From a virus, in UHGV virus genome UHGV-0208829: DNA of 62,541 nucleotides; one strand, written 5' to 3'. The position numbers were made by a program, and so were the translations under genes. Below are positions 39,748 to 49,164 of this stretch, one piece after another. Numbering within the stretch: position 1 is the stretch's first letter; each line of letters starts with the position of its first letter. The notes beneath the pieces were generated by a model. The model was given only the letters and a program-made list of their open reading frames with translations, ran no database searches and had not been told where the DNA came from.

Positions 39748-40831
39748 CATTACGTTCAGATGCGGTCGTTAGTCGCATCCCGCGCCATTACGCGCAGCTG
39801 CATGTCACCATGCAGATCGGACTATATCACCCTCTACAATGTAGAGGCTCTCCCGTTTCGAGAACACTTGTTCCCTACGAACAGTCACGTTCTAGTCTCT
39901 GGGCATTTATCTGACCATTTCCATGTGGCATACTTTGGATTTTTACTGTTTACTCTCCAGAGGACAACGGTTTTGTGTTTACCTAGCTGTCTTCCGGCCT
40001 CTGTAATACTTTCGTATTCGATGCCGTCAATGTTTACTGGTCTGCTGTTTGTGGGCTTGGTACCCATCATGCGTTCGGCAAGTTTACGTTTAGTCTCGTC
40101 AGAATGTTGTCTACCGTAAAAAGGATTTTTCTCTCCAACACGCTGTGAAGCAATGATGGATAACTTTCTACGTGTTTCCTCACTGCGTTTTATCCCGATG
40201 CACGGTGAGGTATTATGTTTATACCATTCTGCTAACTTCTCTCTAATTTTCTTCCTGGTTTCGGGAGTATGCGTGCGACCATACATGCCATTTGCCTTGC
40301 CGAATTTACCGTAAATTTTTTGACGTTCTTCCTTTGTCATTTTTGAGAATCTTCGATAGAGCGAGTTAGTCATTTTTTGAATAATCTCTGCCCTTCTTGG
40401 ATTCCTACTAATGCAGTCGTAACCGCATTCAATGTTAACAAACCCTTTTTCACTACTAATCATTTTCTGTTCGAGCTCTCGCGCCTTCGTTTTAGATGAA
40501 CAAGGCACGATAGTTGGGTTACCGTCGTATCTATATCCTTCATTCCAGATTTTCTGGAGTGTAAAGTTATGATGCGTACCTTTCTCTAACAGATTTAAAT
40601 GAATTTTGATACGCTCGTTGAAATCACGAGTCTCTCCGACGTAGCGAAAACGTTTTTCACCTTTTACGAAAGTAATAATGTAAACAACTGCCATAGGACC
40701 TCCTTTGTTTCATATTAAAAGGTTGTCCTAGAAATGGTTCGAATTTAGCAACGGGTTCTCTCCGTGGAGTTCTTCCCGTTTTAAGGAGAGTTTTTCGACT
40801 AAGGTCACCCTTAGAAGGCGCAGTTATGTTT
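39748..40831 (-). mobile_element. group I self-splicing intron (1084 nt) in thyA
   Basis: Exon 1 ends in U (CGU), intron ends in G (AAUG|AGU); R-like element CAGAGACUAGAAC (39889-39901) and S-like element GAUAUAGUCC (39819-39828) give P7 GACUA/UAGUC; splice restores KLSCFYMMR|SNDVFLGLP. Confidence 0.8.
39885..40694 (-). CDS. intron-encoded GIY-YIG homing endonuclease (I-TevI-like)
   Basis: VYIITF...RYVGET...LEKGTHHNFTLQKIWNEGY matches I-TevI catalytic domain; NUMOD-like repeats; C-terminal HTH-like region; AAGGAGG upstream of ATG. Confidence 0.85.
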   Translation of the reverse strand: MAVVYIITFVKGEKRFRYVGETRDFNERIKIHLNLLEKGTHHNFTLQKIWNEGYRYDGNPTIVPCSSKTKARELEQKMISSEKGFVNIECGYDCISRNPRRAEIIQKMTNSLYRRFSKMTKEERQKIYGKFGKANGMYGRTHTPETRKKIREKLAEWYKHNTSPCIGIKRSEETRRKLSIIASQRVGEKNPFYGRQHSDETKRKLAERMMGTKPTNSRPVNIDGIEYESITEAGRQLGKHKTVVLWRVNSKNPKYATWKWSDKCPETRT

Positions 40832-41569
40832 ACGCATCATGTAAAAACATGAAAGTTTACGACGCGGGATACCTTCACGATCTAAAGTTTCATGAAGTCG
40901 TTCTTCATCATCAATATCTTCGTGATTAATAAGTGGTGCGTTCGCAAATTTTTCCGGTTCATTTGCTTCGTACCAATCCAGTCGCTCAAGCAGTGTCATT
41001 TCTGTAGTGTAGAACTGGAAGTAGTTGTGACACGGATTAAGTGCCATATCGTCCAGGTCACCTACATTCCAGGCACTAACAATAATACGGCGGGAGTCAG
41101 GGTCTTCACGAAGTTGTTGGATAACTTTCCCGATCTGGTCATGTGCTTTTTCATAAACCAAATACGTCGTACCATCTTCCTTCATATTCCCAATATACTT
41201 GTAACCCCGCTGCATTAGTTGTTGCGTACGTCTTACGTCATGACACTCCACAACTTTACAGTCGCGCCATTCGCGCCATTGTTTACCATAAACTGGCCCT
41301 AAGTTCCCCTCTTCATCACTCCATGCATTCCAGATTTTTACCCCGTTCTCTTGCAGGTACTTCACGTTAGTGTCACCGTTTAAGAACCACAACAGTTCAT
41401 GAATGATACTTTTCAGGTGAACCTTTTTCGTAGTAACTAATGGGAAACCTTCTTTCAAGTCAAAACGTAGTTGACGACCAAATACAGAAAGTGTCCCTAC
41501 ACCTGTACGATCTTTCTTAACAACGCCGTTATTCAGAATGTCTTGCATTAACGATAAATACTGTTTCAT
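40832..41569 (-). CDS. thyA: thymidylate synthase, exon 1
   Basis: [74 protein letters not shown]; active-site PCH at 41027-41035; track ORF reads 6 codons into intron before stop. Confidence 0.9.
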
Positions 41570-41886
41570 TTGTTATTACTCCCCATTCGTTTCGTTAGAA
41601 TATCTAAATTGCGCTGCGCTTGCTCAGGGCTAAAAATAATGTTTTCCTGGCTATACGTTACATGAAAATGTTTTTTGTTAACAATGTCAACTTTAAGGCC
41701 ACGAACTTCGAATTGCCGTTTAGCCTCTTCAACCTTTTTTGGTGAGATTCTAAGAAGACCTGGAAATAGTTCGTCTGCGGGAACGTAGTATTTGATTTCC
41801 TTAGTTTCGGGAATTAATTCGATTCTATCTAAACTGACGCTTATAATCTCGTCAATCTTTTTCTTTATATTGTCGTTCACAGTCAT
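41566..41886 (-). CDS. hypothetical protein (106 aa)
   Basis: ATG start; overlaps neighbours by 1-4 nt. Confidence 0.5.
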   Translation of the reverse strand: MTVNDNIKKKIDEIISVSLDRIELIPETKEIKYYVPADELFPGLLRISPKKVEEAKRQFEVRGLKVDIVNKKHFHVTYSQENIIFSPEQAQRNLDILTKRMGSNNK

Positions 41887-42194
41887 TAGATTTTGTCCTT
41901 TTCGAGTTCAGTTAAAATTTCAAACAGGTCTGCGTTGGACTGCAGTACGATTTCACTGCCCTCTGCTACAACGGTAATTGTTGGCTTCTTACCGCGTAGC
42001 AAGAACTCCCAACGCATTGTTCTTACGTGGCTGTCGAGTAACTGCTTTAATTTGTGGTTAACTTCGACTTCCAATTTGCCCAGTAACTGTGGTGTAATAG
42101 CTTCGCCTGAGTTTTTGTTATAAAGCGTACGCACTAAAGAACGTAAAGAATAACCAATGCACTGCGAAATTGCCCAACCCGAATAGTTTTCCAT
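41886..42194 (-). CDS. hypothetical protein (102 aa)
   Basis: ATG start. Confidence 0.5.
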   Translation of the reverse strand: MENYSGWAISQCIGYSLRSLVRTLYNKNSGEAITPQLLGKLEVEVNHKLKQLLDSHVRTMRWEFLLRGKKPTITVVAEGSEIVLQSNADLFEILTELEKDKI

Positions 42195-42195
42195 G

Positions 42196-42741
42196 TTAAT
42201 CCTTCAAAATGTCTTTAAGCTTTAGTTTTGTATAGAACGGAGAACTGCTTAGTTCTTCTGTCCAACTTATACGTCCGTTCTGTAGAACCCGGTCGAAGAT
42301 TAGGCCGTTCATCTTTACAATTCTAGCCAACTGATAAAAGAGTGTCGTGAGGTGTAGTCGACGCTCCATTTGTGCGCGTGCGGTACAACTGCGTACCGCT
42401 TTGATAGCAAGTACCGCTTCTGGCATCAACGTCACCGCGATGGTCTCAGGATGTTCGTTTTTCCATTTCTTAATGGCTAGTAGTCGGTGTAATGATTTTT
42501 CAAGGGGACGTAAATCCCCGTTATTCATCACGTAAACTAAAGCAGCAAGATCCCACAAGGCAATACCTACTGCTTTAGCAACAAACAACCCGTCGTGTGT
42601 TGTCGTGGATTCACAGACTTTGCCAATACTTCCATAAACACGTGCAGTCCATGCGTCTGTCTGTTCGCCAGGTTTTATACCCGCGTTATCCAGAAAGTGT
42701 TTAAACGCATTAACGTGATCAGTTAACTGTATTTGTTTCAT
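42196..42741 (-). CDS. hypothetical protein (181 aa)
   Basis: ATG start. Confidence 0.5.
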   Translation of the reverse strand: MKQIQLTDHVNAFKHFLDNAGIKPGEQTDAWTARVYGSIGKVCESTTTHDGLFVAKAVGIALWDLAALVYVMNNGDLRPLEKSLHRLLAIKKWKNEHPETIAVTLMPEAVLAIKAVRSCTARAQMERRLHLTTLFYQLARIVKMNGLIFDRVLQNGRISWTEELSSSPFYTKLKLKDILKD

Positions 42742-42755
42742 TTCCGATACCCGAT

Positions 42756-43304
42756 TTAGTCACGAGACTTTATTTTAAGGTACGCAACCGCAGCTCCCAC
42801 GATTGCAATCCCGGCACCCCAACCTATCTTTTCTATCACAGTCAAATCAGACCATTTCTTCTCTTCCGTAGTAGACGGGCCTGTATTCGATGTGGAGGTT
42901 TGCGTTCTCATGCGTTCTGTTTCAACACTGTTACGTTCGATTTCGTCTTCTACCTGTTTCAACAACGCTTCGCGGTTTAGGTATTTGGCGTTTATCTCCA
43001 CTGTTCTGGCATTCATTTCTGCAGCCCTTTGACGTTTCCGTTCTTCAATTTTCCTAATCAGATCTTCTAAATAGAGCCTAGTTTCTTCCACAGCTTGTTC
43101 ATAGACGTCTATGCGATCAGGAAGAATTCTCCTGTGGTTGGATTTGTTGCGAACGGAAGCAATCATGTGGAGTTTCCGTTCGTATTTTGGTTCGAGAAGA
43201 TGAGCTATGCTTTCGGTCTTCTCATGAAGTCCGCGACCAGTACCGCCGAGTTTTTCCACAAGTTCTTCTACAGAAATTGCAAGATCGAGAATATATCCAC
43301 GCAT
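42756..43304 (-). CDS. coiled-coil protein with C-terminal transmembrane anchor (182 aa)
   Basis: Track start 43355 is TTG; ATG at 43304 has GGAGA 8 nt upstream; C-terminal IGWGAGIAIVGAAVAYL. Confidence 0.5.
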   Translation of the reverse strand: MRGYILDLAISVEELVEKLGGTGRGLHEKTESIAHLLEPKYERKLHMIASVRNKSNHRRILPDRIDVYEQAVEETRLYLEDLIRKIEERKRQRAAEMNARTVEINAKYLNREALLKQVEDEIERNSVETERMRTQTSTSNTGPSTTEEKKWSDLTVIEKIGWGAGIAIVGAAVAYLKIKSRD

Positions 43305-43364
43305 AATTGTTTCTCCGCTTAAACGCAGTCTTGGGAGACATAAGTCTGTTCCCAACTGTAAAAA

Positions 43365-43733
43365 TCATTTTAACAAAACAAGATGAATTTGGTATTCGTC
43401 ATCCGCAGGAGAAGAATAATCGCCAGTTACAGGTAACGTTATATCTTCCAGTAGAGCGTGGAAGGGTAATCCACGGGCAGCCTCAACTGTTCGTACAAGC
43501 GGAAAACCTGTTCTTTTAATCCAATTGTAATCAACAAACATAACACCGCCAGGAGTTCCCGAACCTTCCCACACACGAATTTCCACAGTCTTTCCCGAAA
43601 AGTTGGCAAGTACAGTGCGCAGTCCTAATTGCACATAACGGGGGAAGGGTACTTCAATAACTTGTTTTGGTAAAACAAATTCAGGGAATTTAAAACCGAA
43701 ACCTTTGGGTGTACTAAAAAACTGAGCTTGCAT
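43365..43733 (-). CDS. hypothetical protein (122 aa)
   Basis: ATG start. Confidence 0.5.
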   Translation of the reverse strand: MQAQFFSTPKGFGFKFPEFVLPKQVIEVPFPRYVQLGLRTVLANFSGKTVEIRVWEGSGTPGGVMFVDYNWIKRTGFPLVRTVEAARGLPFHALLEDITLPVTGDYSSPADDEYQIHLVLLK

Positions 43734-43766
43734 GGTAATTCTCCTTTAGGGTAAAAAATGAAAATA

Positions 43767-43790
43767 CCCTACTCCTAGTCAGGAGTAGGG
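43767..43790 (-). terminator. intrinsic terminator for gene 43797..44456
   Basis: 10-bp stem ccctactcct/aggagtaggg, loop agtc, minus U-tract. Confidence 0.6.
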
Positions 43791-43796
43791 TAGGTG

Positions 43797-44456
43797 TTAC
43801 ATACGGGTAACTGAATCCCAGTAATCACGAAGATATTCTTGGTCTTCAGGATCTTTTGGCGTAGCCGGAATATGGCCGTCAAACTCAAACGGAATCACAG
43901 ACAGAACATCCGCAATCTCGTAACGCTCGACTTCCAGTTCAACTTTCACCCAGTCACCGACGCTGGTACTGCTACGCATTTCAGTGAGGAGATCGTTAAA
44001 GTCACTCGAAAGTTCAATTGCAGGGTGTCCGGTGGTGATCGTGAAAATATCAATATCCCAATGCTTAGCACCTTTATCGGCTAATTCGCCCGGTTCTAAG
44101 TGGATACGTTTCACCAGGTGAGCCAAATAACCGTCCTTGTAAAAAGAGAGTGCAGAACTAATACCGATATCCGAATTCTCTTCAACCTTTCCGTCCAGGA
44201 ATTTACGCTTAAGCGTTAGCTGTGCTGTACCGTCTTCTTTAATACGGATACGACGACGCCCACCTTCTATCGGCATGAGAATGTCCATGAACATCTTAGT
44301 GGACTGTGCGTGTAGCCAATCCCATCCCGCTTGCGTGGGTTTTACCCAAACGCAATATTCCTTTTCCACTTCACGTTTAATGGATTCGCCTGCAACGCGA
44401 ATAACCTCTTCTTCCTGCGCTTTTTCCAATTGCGCAAGGGTATCGAATAATCCCAT
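43797..44456 (-). CDS. hypothetical protein (219 aa)
   Basis: ATG start overlapping upstream stop. Confidence 0.5.
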   Translation of the reverse strand: MGLFDTLAQLEKAQEEEVIRVAGESIKREVEKEYCVWVKPTQAGWDWLHAQSTKMFMDILMPIEGGRRRIRIKEDGTAQLTLKRKFLDGKVEENSDIGISSALSFYKDGYLAHLVKRIHLEPGELADKGAKHWDIDIFTITTGHPAIELSSDFNDLLTEMRSSTSVGDWVKVELEVERYEIADVLSVIPFEFDGHIPATPKDPEDQEYLRDYWDSVTRM

Positions 44457-45277
44457 TAGATTAATCCCATACTTTCACTGACGCTCGTAATGTCGAACGT
44501 TGTGTCGTTAAAGTCGATGTTTTCTACAATAGAAACCACCAGATTAGGAAGCCATTCCGAATGGGGCGGTGTAATAACACGGCCGTTCATAACGTAGTAA
44601 TGCAAGAACGGTAATCCCATCGAATGGCAGTACGATAACACATTACCTAAGCAGCTTCCGTCAAACTTCAAGAGTCGGAGCTTACGCAATAATGCGTTTT
44701 GAAATGCACCGCTTGCGTAATTGCTAAACTCGCCAGGCCGATAATCCGTGCCCCCGTAGATACTCGCCTTTAATCGCCGACCGTGTTGTATACATTCAGC
44801 CCCAGTCAGGGTGCGTAATAAACGGATGTCAGGATATTCAGTTTCCAAACGACCCAAAGCGTTTATTCCGTAACCCTTGTAGAACAGATAGTCTACGATC
44901 CTTAAATAATGATAGTAACCTTCTAACGTTAAAAACTGACCGTGAATTGTGGCGATTTTAGCACCGTCAGGTTGCGCGTATAAGTTACTGATCATTTTCC
45001 CTACGGTAGTACGACCGTTAGAGTAAAAGTTAACATGGTTGATACCATCGGTAAAAGGGAGTTTTTCGGGTAACGCACAAACGTAGCCTAAACGACGAAG
45101 GTATAGGACATAAACAAAGCGCTCATCAGGAGTAAGCACGATGTTTGACGCGTTAACGTATGTATTAGGATTATTTTGGCCAGGTTGATAACCCAGCGTT
45201 AATGCCAAAGCGTGATTGTTTTCGCTCTGACTTTTGATCTTCTTTAATACGGAACGCAGTAATTGTGGTTCGGACAT
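44456..45277 (-). CDS. hypothetical protein (273 aa)
   Basis: Track start 45298 is TTG; ATG at 45277 has AAGAGG 7 nt upstream. Confidence 0.5.
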   Translation of the reverse strand: MSEPQLLRSVLKKIKSQSENNHALALTLGYQPGQNNPNTYVNASNIVLTPDERFVYVLYLRRLGYVCALPEKLPFTDGINHVNFYSNGRTTVGKMISNLYAQPDGAKIATIHGQFLTLEGYYHYLRIVDYLFYKGYGINALGRLETEYPDIRLLRTLTGAECIQHGRRLKASIYGGTDYRPGEFSNYASGAFQNALLRKLRLLKFDGSCLGNVLSYCHSMGLPFLHYYVMNGRVITPPHSEWLPNLVVSIVENIDFNDTTFDITSVSESMGLI

Positions 45278-45287
45278 AACCGGCCTC

Positions 45288-46562
45288 TTAAATTGCAAAA
45301 TAGTCTTCCACGATTTTATCGGTAGACTGGTAACTTACACTGCCTGCAGCAATCACGTAATTACGTTTCTCAGTGGTCAGTAGCGCCTGAATCGCATTTA
45401 CGCCTGCATAGGTGTAAAGTTTAAGTTCAGTCATTTCCGGCGTGATGTTTTTCGCTTTGTCCCACTTTGCATCTAATCCTTTAAATAGCGTTAATAGGCG
45501 AGTACCATACGTTTTGAAACTGACACCAGGTTCAACCCGAAGGTTAGCCATGAGGTTTTGGATAACGGTGGTTGCGATCTGGGTTCCTTGTCCTGGCTGG
45601 AGTTTATCCAGATAGTATTCCGTTGAATCCAGATTACCTGTAGCTGCTGCTTGAATCATCAGCTCGCCGTACAGTACCTCTTTTGCTTGTGCATCAGTGA
45701 TCGCTTGAAGCATCGGTTCGATTTTAGCCGGTAAACCATAACTGTTCAGTTTGGTAGACAGGCCATAAATCAGCGCTGAAGAGGTATTAATGTCTAACGT
45801 GGAGAAACTGTTGCTGCCTTTAAAGCTGTTAATCAGGTTATCGATGGCCAAGAAGTCGTCCAAGTCTTTGTAGCTGTCGAAAGTATGCTGTACGTCATCA
45901 ACGATCGAGGTGATTTGATAACGCATACTGTTGACTTCGGACATAAACCCGTTGACTTCTTGACTAACTTCCGAGGGGAGTTTAGCCAGTTGCCCAGCAA
46001 TGTTCATCGTCCCTTCGAGACGTTTTTTCACCGAGTTAAAGTCAGTACCGATACCGGATAAAACGGAGTCGGTTAAGCTGCCGATGCTGTCCCAACCTTT
46101 ATTTAACAGTTTCCCCATCCCACCTGGACTTAGGTAGTCTAACGCCTTTAGACCATCTTCATCCTTTTTCTTAAAAGGTTCAGAAACGGCACGCTTTTGT
46201 GGGTCGAGGACAGGAAGCGTTTCTTTGGTGTTAGATGCAAACCCGGGAACTTTTTGTCCTGGAGATACACCGGAAGCCGAACTCCCCGCAGTCTTACTTC
46301 CCCCAACACTGGCGGTATCGCTACCGCCAAAAAGGTTACCAATTTTGCTGGTCAGTTCGTTGCCGCCGCTAATCAGTTTGTTGAATGTTTCACCAGCACG
46401 TTCTGATAATCGGTTGACGCTATCGACCGTGTTTTTAATACCACGCTCCGCATTCTCCACCGTCGATTGTACGCGGTTTGCGGCGTTCTTTGCCGTATTA
46501 ACGGAATTATCGATTGCTGACTGACCTTTATTTATCTGACTGGTTATTTGGTCGATTTTCAT
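45288..46562 (-). CDS. hypothetical protein (424 aa), Ser/Gly-rich middle region
   Basis: Track start 46589 is TTG; ATG at 46562 has GGAGA 6 nt upstream. Confidence 0.5.
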   Translation of the reverse strand: MKIDQITSQINKGQSAIDNSVNTAKNAANRVQSTVENAERGIKNTVDSVNRLSERAGETFNKLISGGNELTSKIGNLFGGSDTASVGGSKTAGSSASGVSPGQKVPGFASNTKETLPVLDPQKRAVSEPFKKKDEDGLKALDYLSPGGMGKLLNKGWDSIGSLTDSVLSGIGTDFNSVKKRLEGTMNIAGQLAKLPSEVSQEVNGFMSEVNSMRYQITSIVDDVQHTFDSYKDLDDFLAIDNLINSFKGSNSFSTLDINTSSALIYGLSTKLNSYGLPAKIEPMLQAITDAQAKEVLYGELMIQAAATGNLDSTEYYLDKLQPGQGTQIATTVIQNLMANLRVEPGVSFKTYGTRLLTLFKGLDAKWDKAKNITPEMTELKLYTYAGVNAIQALLTTEKRNYVIAAGSVSYQSTDKIVEDYFAI

Positions 46563-47370
46563 TCTGGTCTCCAATTTGGTATTCGTCAAGGTTTACCGTG
46601 ACCTGAACTTCGTAGATTTTATTGTCTTTCTGACGCCTTAAGGTCAGAAGGATTTCGAAACTACGAACATCAATTGCCTTGAGTACCCTCATAAACCATT
46701 TCCAGGAAAACTTCTTTTTTAACCTTAGATTGTGCTGCATGTTGTGCCGCAAATCATTTCGTTTCGACGGCGTCTGTTCACAGTTAGCAGGATCGTTAAC
46801 GAAGTTTGTGGAAAGACGGTACCACCAGTCCGCATTCATTTTCATGTTTGCGAAGATAGTCCAAGTTAGCCGAGATAACGGATGTACCATCATCTTTGCG
46901 GTCTCACCACAGTTCTGGAAATAACGGTTCAATTGTGCAGTTGCAGACTCTTTAGGTCGTTCGTCGTTATCTTCGAACAAATCCCGAGCGAGATCTTCAC
47001 GCACGCGTGTGGTAATTTCAGATACGGTTTTTGTTTTGAAGTGTCCTCGGTAAGTGGTTACACAAATCCGCAGTGTTTCCACTCCGGTAATCACCAACCC
47101 TTCTGTAAAACCTCGCCAGGTAAGATCGACAGGTAGTGCAGGGATGTTACCTGAACTCAGCTTCGTGGAGATACGTTGTATTCGATCGTCCATCGTTGCT
47201 TTTGAACGTGTTTTAAATTCTGGAGACAGAATATGTTTGGCGACGGCGAGTTTATAATCCGAAGGCTTCCATCCGATCAATTCTTTATAATTCCAATATA
47301 GTGTTTGAAGTGGTCCGCCTGCACGTTCGTCTTCAGCGTCCACGACCACACTTACTTTTTTGCTATCCAT
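46528..47370 (-). CDS. hypothetical protein (280 aa)
   Basis: Track start 47373 is GTG; ATG at 47370 has AAGGTGA upstream. Confidence 0.5.
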   Translation of the reverse strand: MDSKKVSVVVDAEDERAGGPLQTLYWNYKELIGWKPSDYKLAVAKHILSPEFKTRSKATMDDRIQRISTKLSSGNIPALPVDLTWRGFTEGLVITGVETLRICVTTYRGHFKTKTVSEITTRVREDLARDLFEDNDERPKESATAQLNRYFQNCGETAKMMVHPLSRLTWTIFANMKMNADWWYRLSTNFVNDPANCEQTPSKRNDLRHNMQHNLRLKKKFSWKWFMRVLKAIDVRSFEILLTLRRQKDNKIYEVQVTVNLDEYQIGDQNENRPNNQSDK

Positions 47371-47403
47371 CACATCACCTTGTTACAAGGGGTTACTGGT
47401 TTA

Positions 47404-47952
47404 TTAAATAGGACGTTCTAAAAGGTAGTGTTCAATCAATGTTTCCAACTCCCGGAATAAATGCGCAGTTTGATTTACCAGCGCTTTGTCTTCGTCGGAC
47501 TCCGGTTTAAGGAACGCCGATTCATAGGGTTGAATTAGCGCGAGTAATTTACCCAGCTTATAAGCGGCAACCTCAGGACTGGACGTCCCAAAATAAGTGT
47601 CTAGCCATCGGTATTCCGCCAAGTCGTTTCGTTTATTTAAAGCGTCAGGTAATGGTAGCCATTCGATTGAACTCCTGTTAATTGCTCGTTGGTATTCATT
47701 AATGAGAAATGCTAAACGTTGATAAACAAGATCAATGTTATTAACACGCAATTCGAGGAAACCGCGAAGGCTGGGACGAAAAGGTTCTTCATTTATGTTT
47801 AAAGGCAACGTAAGCAATTGTAAGCCGGTAAAGACTCTGACATAGGGGTTGTGGGTGTTCTTATGGAACTCCTGCTTCAGAGACTCTTTGAGGGCTTTTA
47901 AACGATTATTCTCTAACCGTTGTTTAAAACGAGTTATTATTCCTGTTAACAT
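47404..47952 (-). CDS. hypothetical protein (182 aa)
   Basis: ATG start; promoter-like motif 20-40 nt upstream. Confidence 0.5.
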   Translation of the reverse strand: MLTGIITRFKQRLENNRLKALKESLKQEFHKNTHNPYVRVFTGLQLLTLPLNINEEPFRPSLRGFLELRVNNIDLVYQRLAFLINEYQRAINRSSIEWLPLPDALNKRNDLAEYRWLDTYFGTSSPEVAAYKLGKLLALIQPYESAFLKPESDEDKALVNQTAHLFRELETLIEHYLLERPI

Positions 47953-47971
47953 AATTCACTCCTAAAGAATG

Positions 47972-47993
47972 TCTCACGTAGATAATATCTGTC
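47972..47993 (-). promoter_or_regulatory. conserved promoter-like motif, site 2 (plus reading tctcacgtaGATAATATCTGTC)
   Basis: Same motif as sites 1 and 3; in divergent gap between 47404..47952 and 48024..48488. Confidence 0.4.
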
Positions 47994-48023
47994 TGACTTC
48001 TTTTTGAAATTGAGGTAGTAAGA

Positions 48024-48488
48024 ATGGCTGACGAAGAAGTGAAATATCAGGCGTTTGATGGAGATGTGGACGACGAAGAATCGCTTCTCCGCCAAACGCA
48101 ACAAGCCCGTGTACGGATTGTGAATCTCATCTTAGACGATCCACAAGCACACAAAGACTTGAAAACGGTAGACCGGTTAGGGTCTTTGCTTAACGACGTT
48201 GACAAACAAATCATTTCCAAACGTCGCGTCGCCGCTGCACAGAAAAACAGCGAAGCTAACCAAGATTTGGCGAATGCACTTAATAGCATCCTCATGCAAC
48301 GTGGCAATATCAAAATACGTCGTCACGATGAGGAAATCGAAGAAAGCCAGGGCTACCAGCCCCCCGTTCCTGTTATTCCGGATGTTGAAGTAACAGAAGG
48401 GGAGCTGGCACCAGTAGGCGAACAAATCGATGTTAGGTCCATTATGACGGCGGCGTTTGCACGTCCTGAGCAGGGCGAGCAAGACTAA
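48024..48488 (+). CDS. hypothetical acidic protein (154 aa)
   Basis: ATG with GAGGT 7 nt upstream; 3' end overlaps convergent minus gene by 47 nt. Confidence 0.45.
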   Translation: MADEEVKYQAFDGDVDDEESLLRQTQQARVRIVNLILDDPQAHKDLKTVDRLGSLLNDVDKQIISKRRVAAAQKNSEANQDLANALNSILMQRGNIKIRRHDEEIEESQGYQPPVPVIPDVEVTEGELAPVGEQIDVRSIMTAAFARPEQGEQD

Positions 48489-49164
48489 ATAAAGCGGCAT
48501 CTCGTGGGTCGACACCGACCCACTCTGCCATAAACCGGATATGTTCCTTAAACGGGTTAACCCCGTCTTGTTTGATTTGTTCGACCAATTCCCCGGTCAG
48601 TTCTGGTGTGAGCATGGCAGGGTGTGTGATGGTAAAGCTTGGAATCGGTTTTTTCAAGTGTGTAGCGTTAAGCTTAATCCACTCGAACCAATCGTACATT
48701 ATCCAGCAATCCCACGCCAATGACAATCTCCCCGGTGTGAGATCTTCTAACGACCAAGACACTAATTCAACTTGTACGTTATTGTAGTACATCCGAAACA
48801 GATTCAAAAAGGCTTGAAGTTCTTCGCCCGTTAAATCCGTATAAGGCCACGTATTGATGGTCAGAGTGGGCTTTTCAATTGGCGAATGCATTTCGATTTC
48901 AAGCAACATACACTCGAATTCGTTTTTCATTGTTGCCAATAATTCAGTAGGCTGCGCATTAATCAACGCGCGCTTATCCCGCTTCCGCCACTCTTCATCC
49001 CATTTTTCAAATCCAAGTACGCCAGCCCAAGCTTCTGTATAGCGACGACGATAAACATCGTAGTCTAGCAATGCTAAGCTTTCAGGCTTAACGGCTTTTA
49101 CCCAACCTAAACGCGTATCAAATAACGTATCAATATCGATTAAGAAACGCCGAGATAATCTCAT
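48442..49164 (-). CDS. hypothetical protein (240 aa)
   Basis: ATG start, ATGA overlap with upstream gene. Confidence 0.5.
   Translation of the reverse strand: MRLSRRFLIDIDTLFDTRLGWVKAVKPESLALLDYDVYRRRYTEAWAGVLGFEKWDEEWRKRDKRALINAQPTELLATMKNEFECMLLEIEMHSPIEKPTLTINTWPYTDLTGEELQAFLNLFRMYYNNVQVELVSWSLEDLTPGRLSLAWDCWIMYDWFEWIKLNATHLKKPIPSFTITHPAMLTPELTGELVEQIKQDGVNPFKEHIRFMAEWVGVDPRDAALFSLARPAQDVQTPPS

Noticed and set aside
39720-40119. Plus-strand ORFs (64 and 119 aa) across the intron 3' region and HEG
   Set aside because: Antisense to the homing endonuclease gene and intron core; no translation signals.
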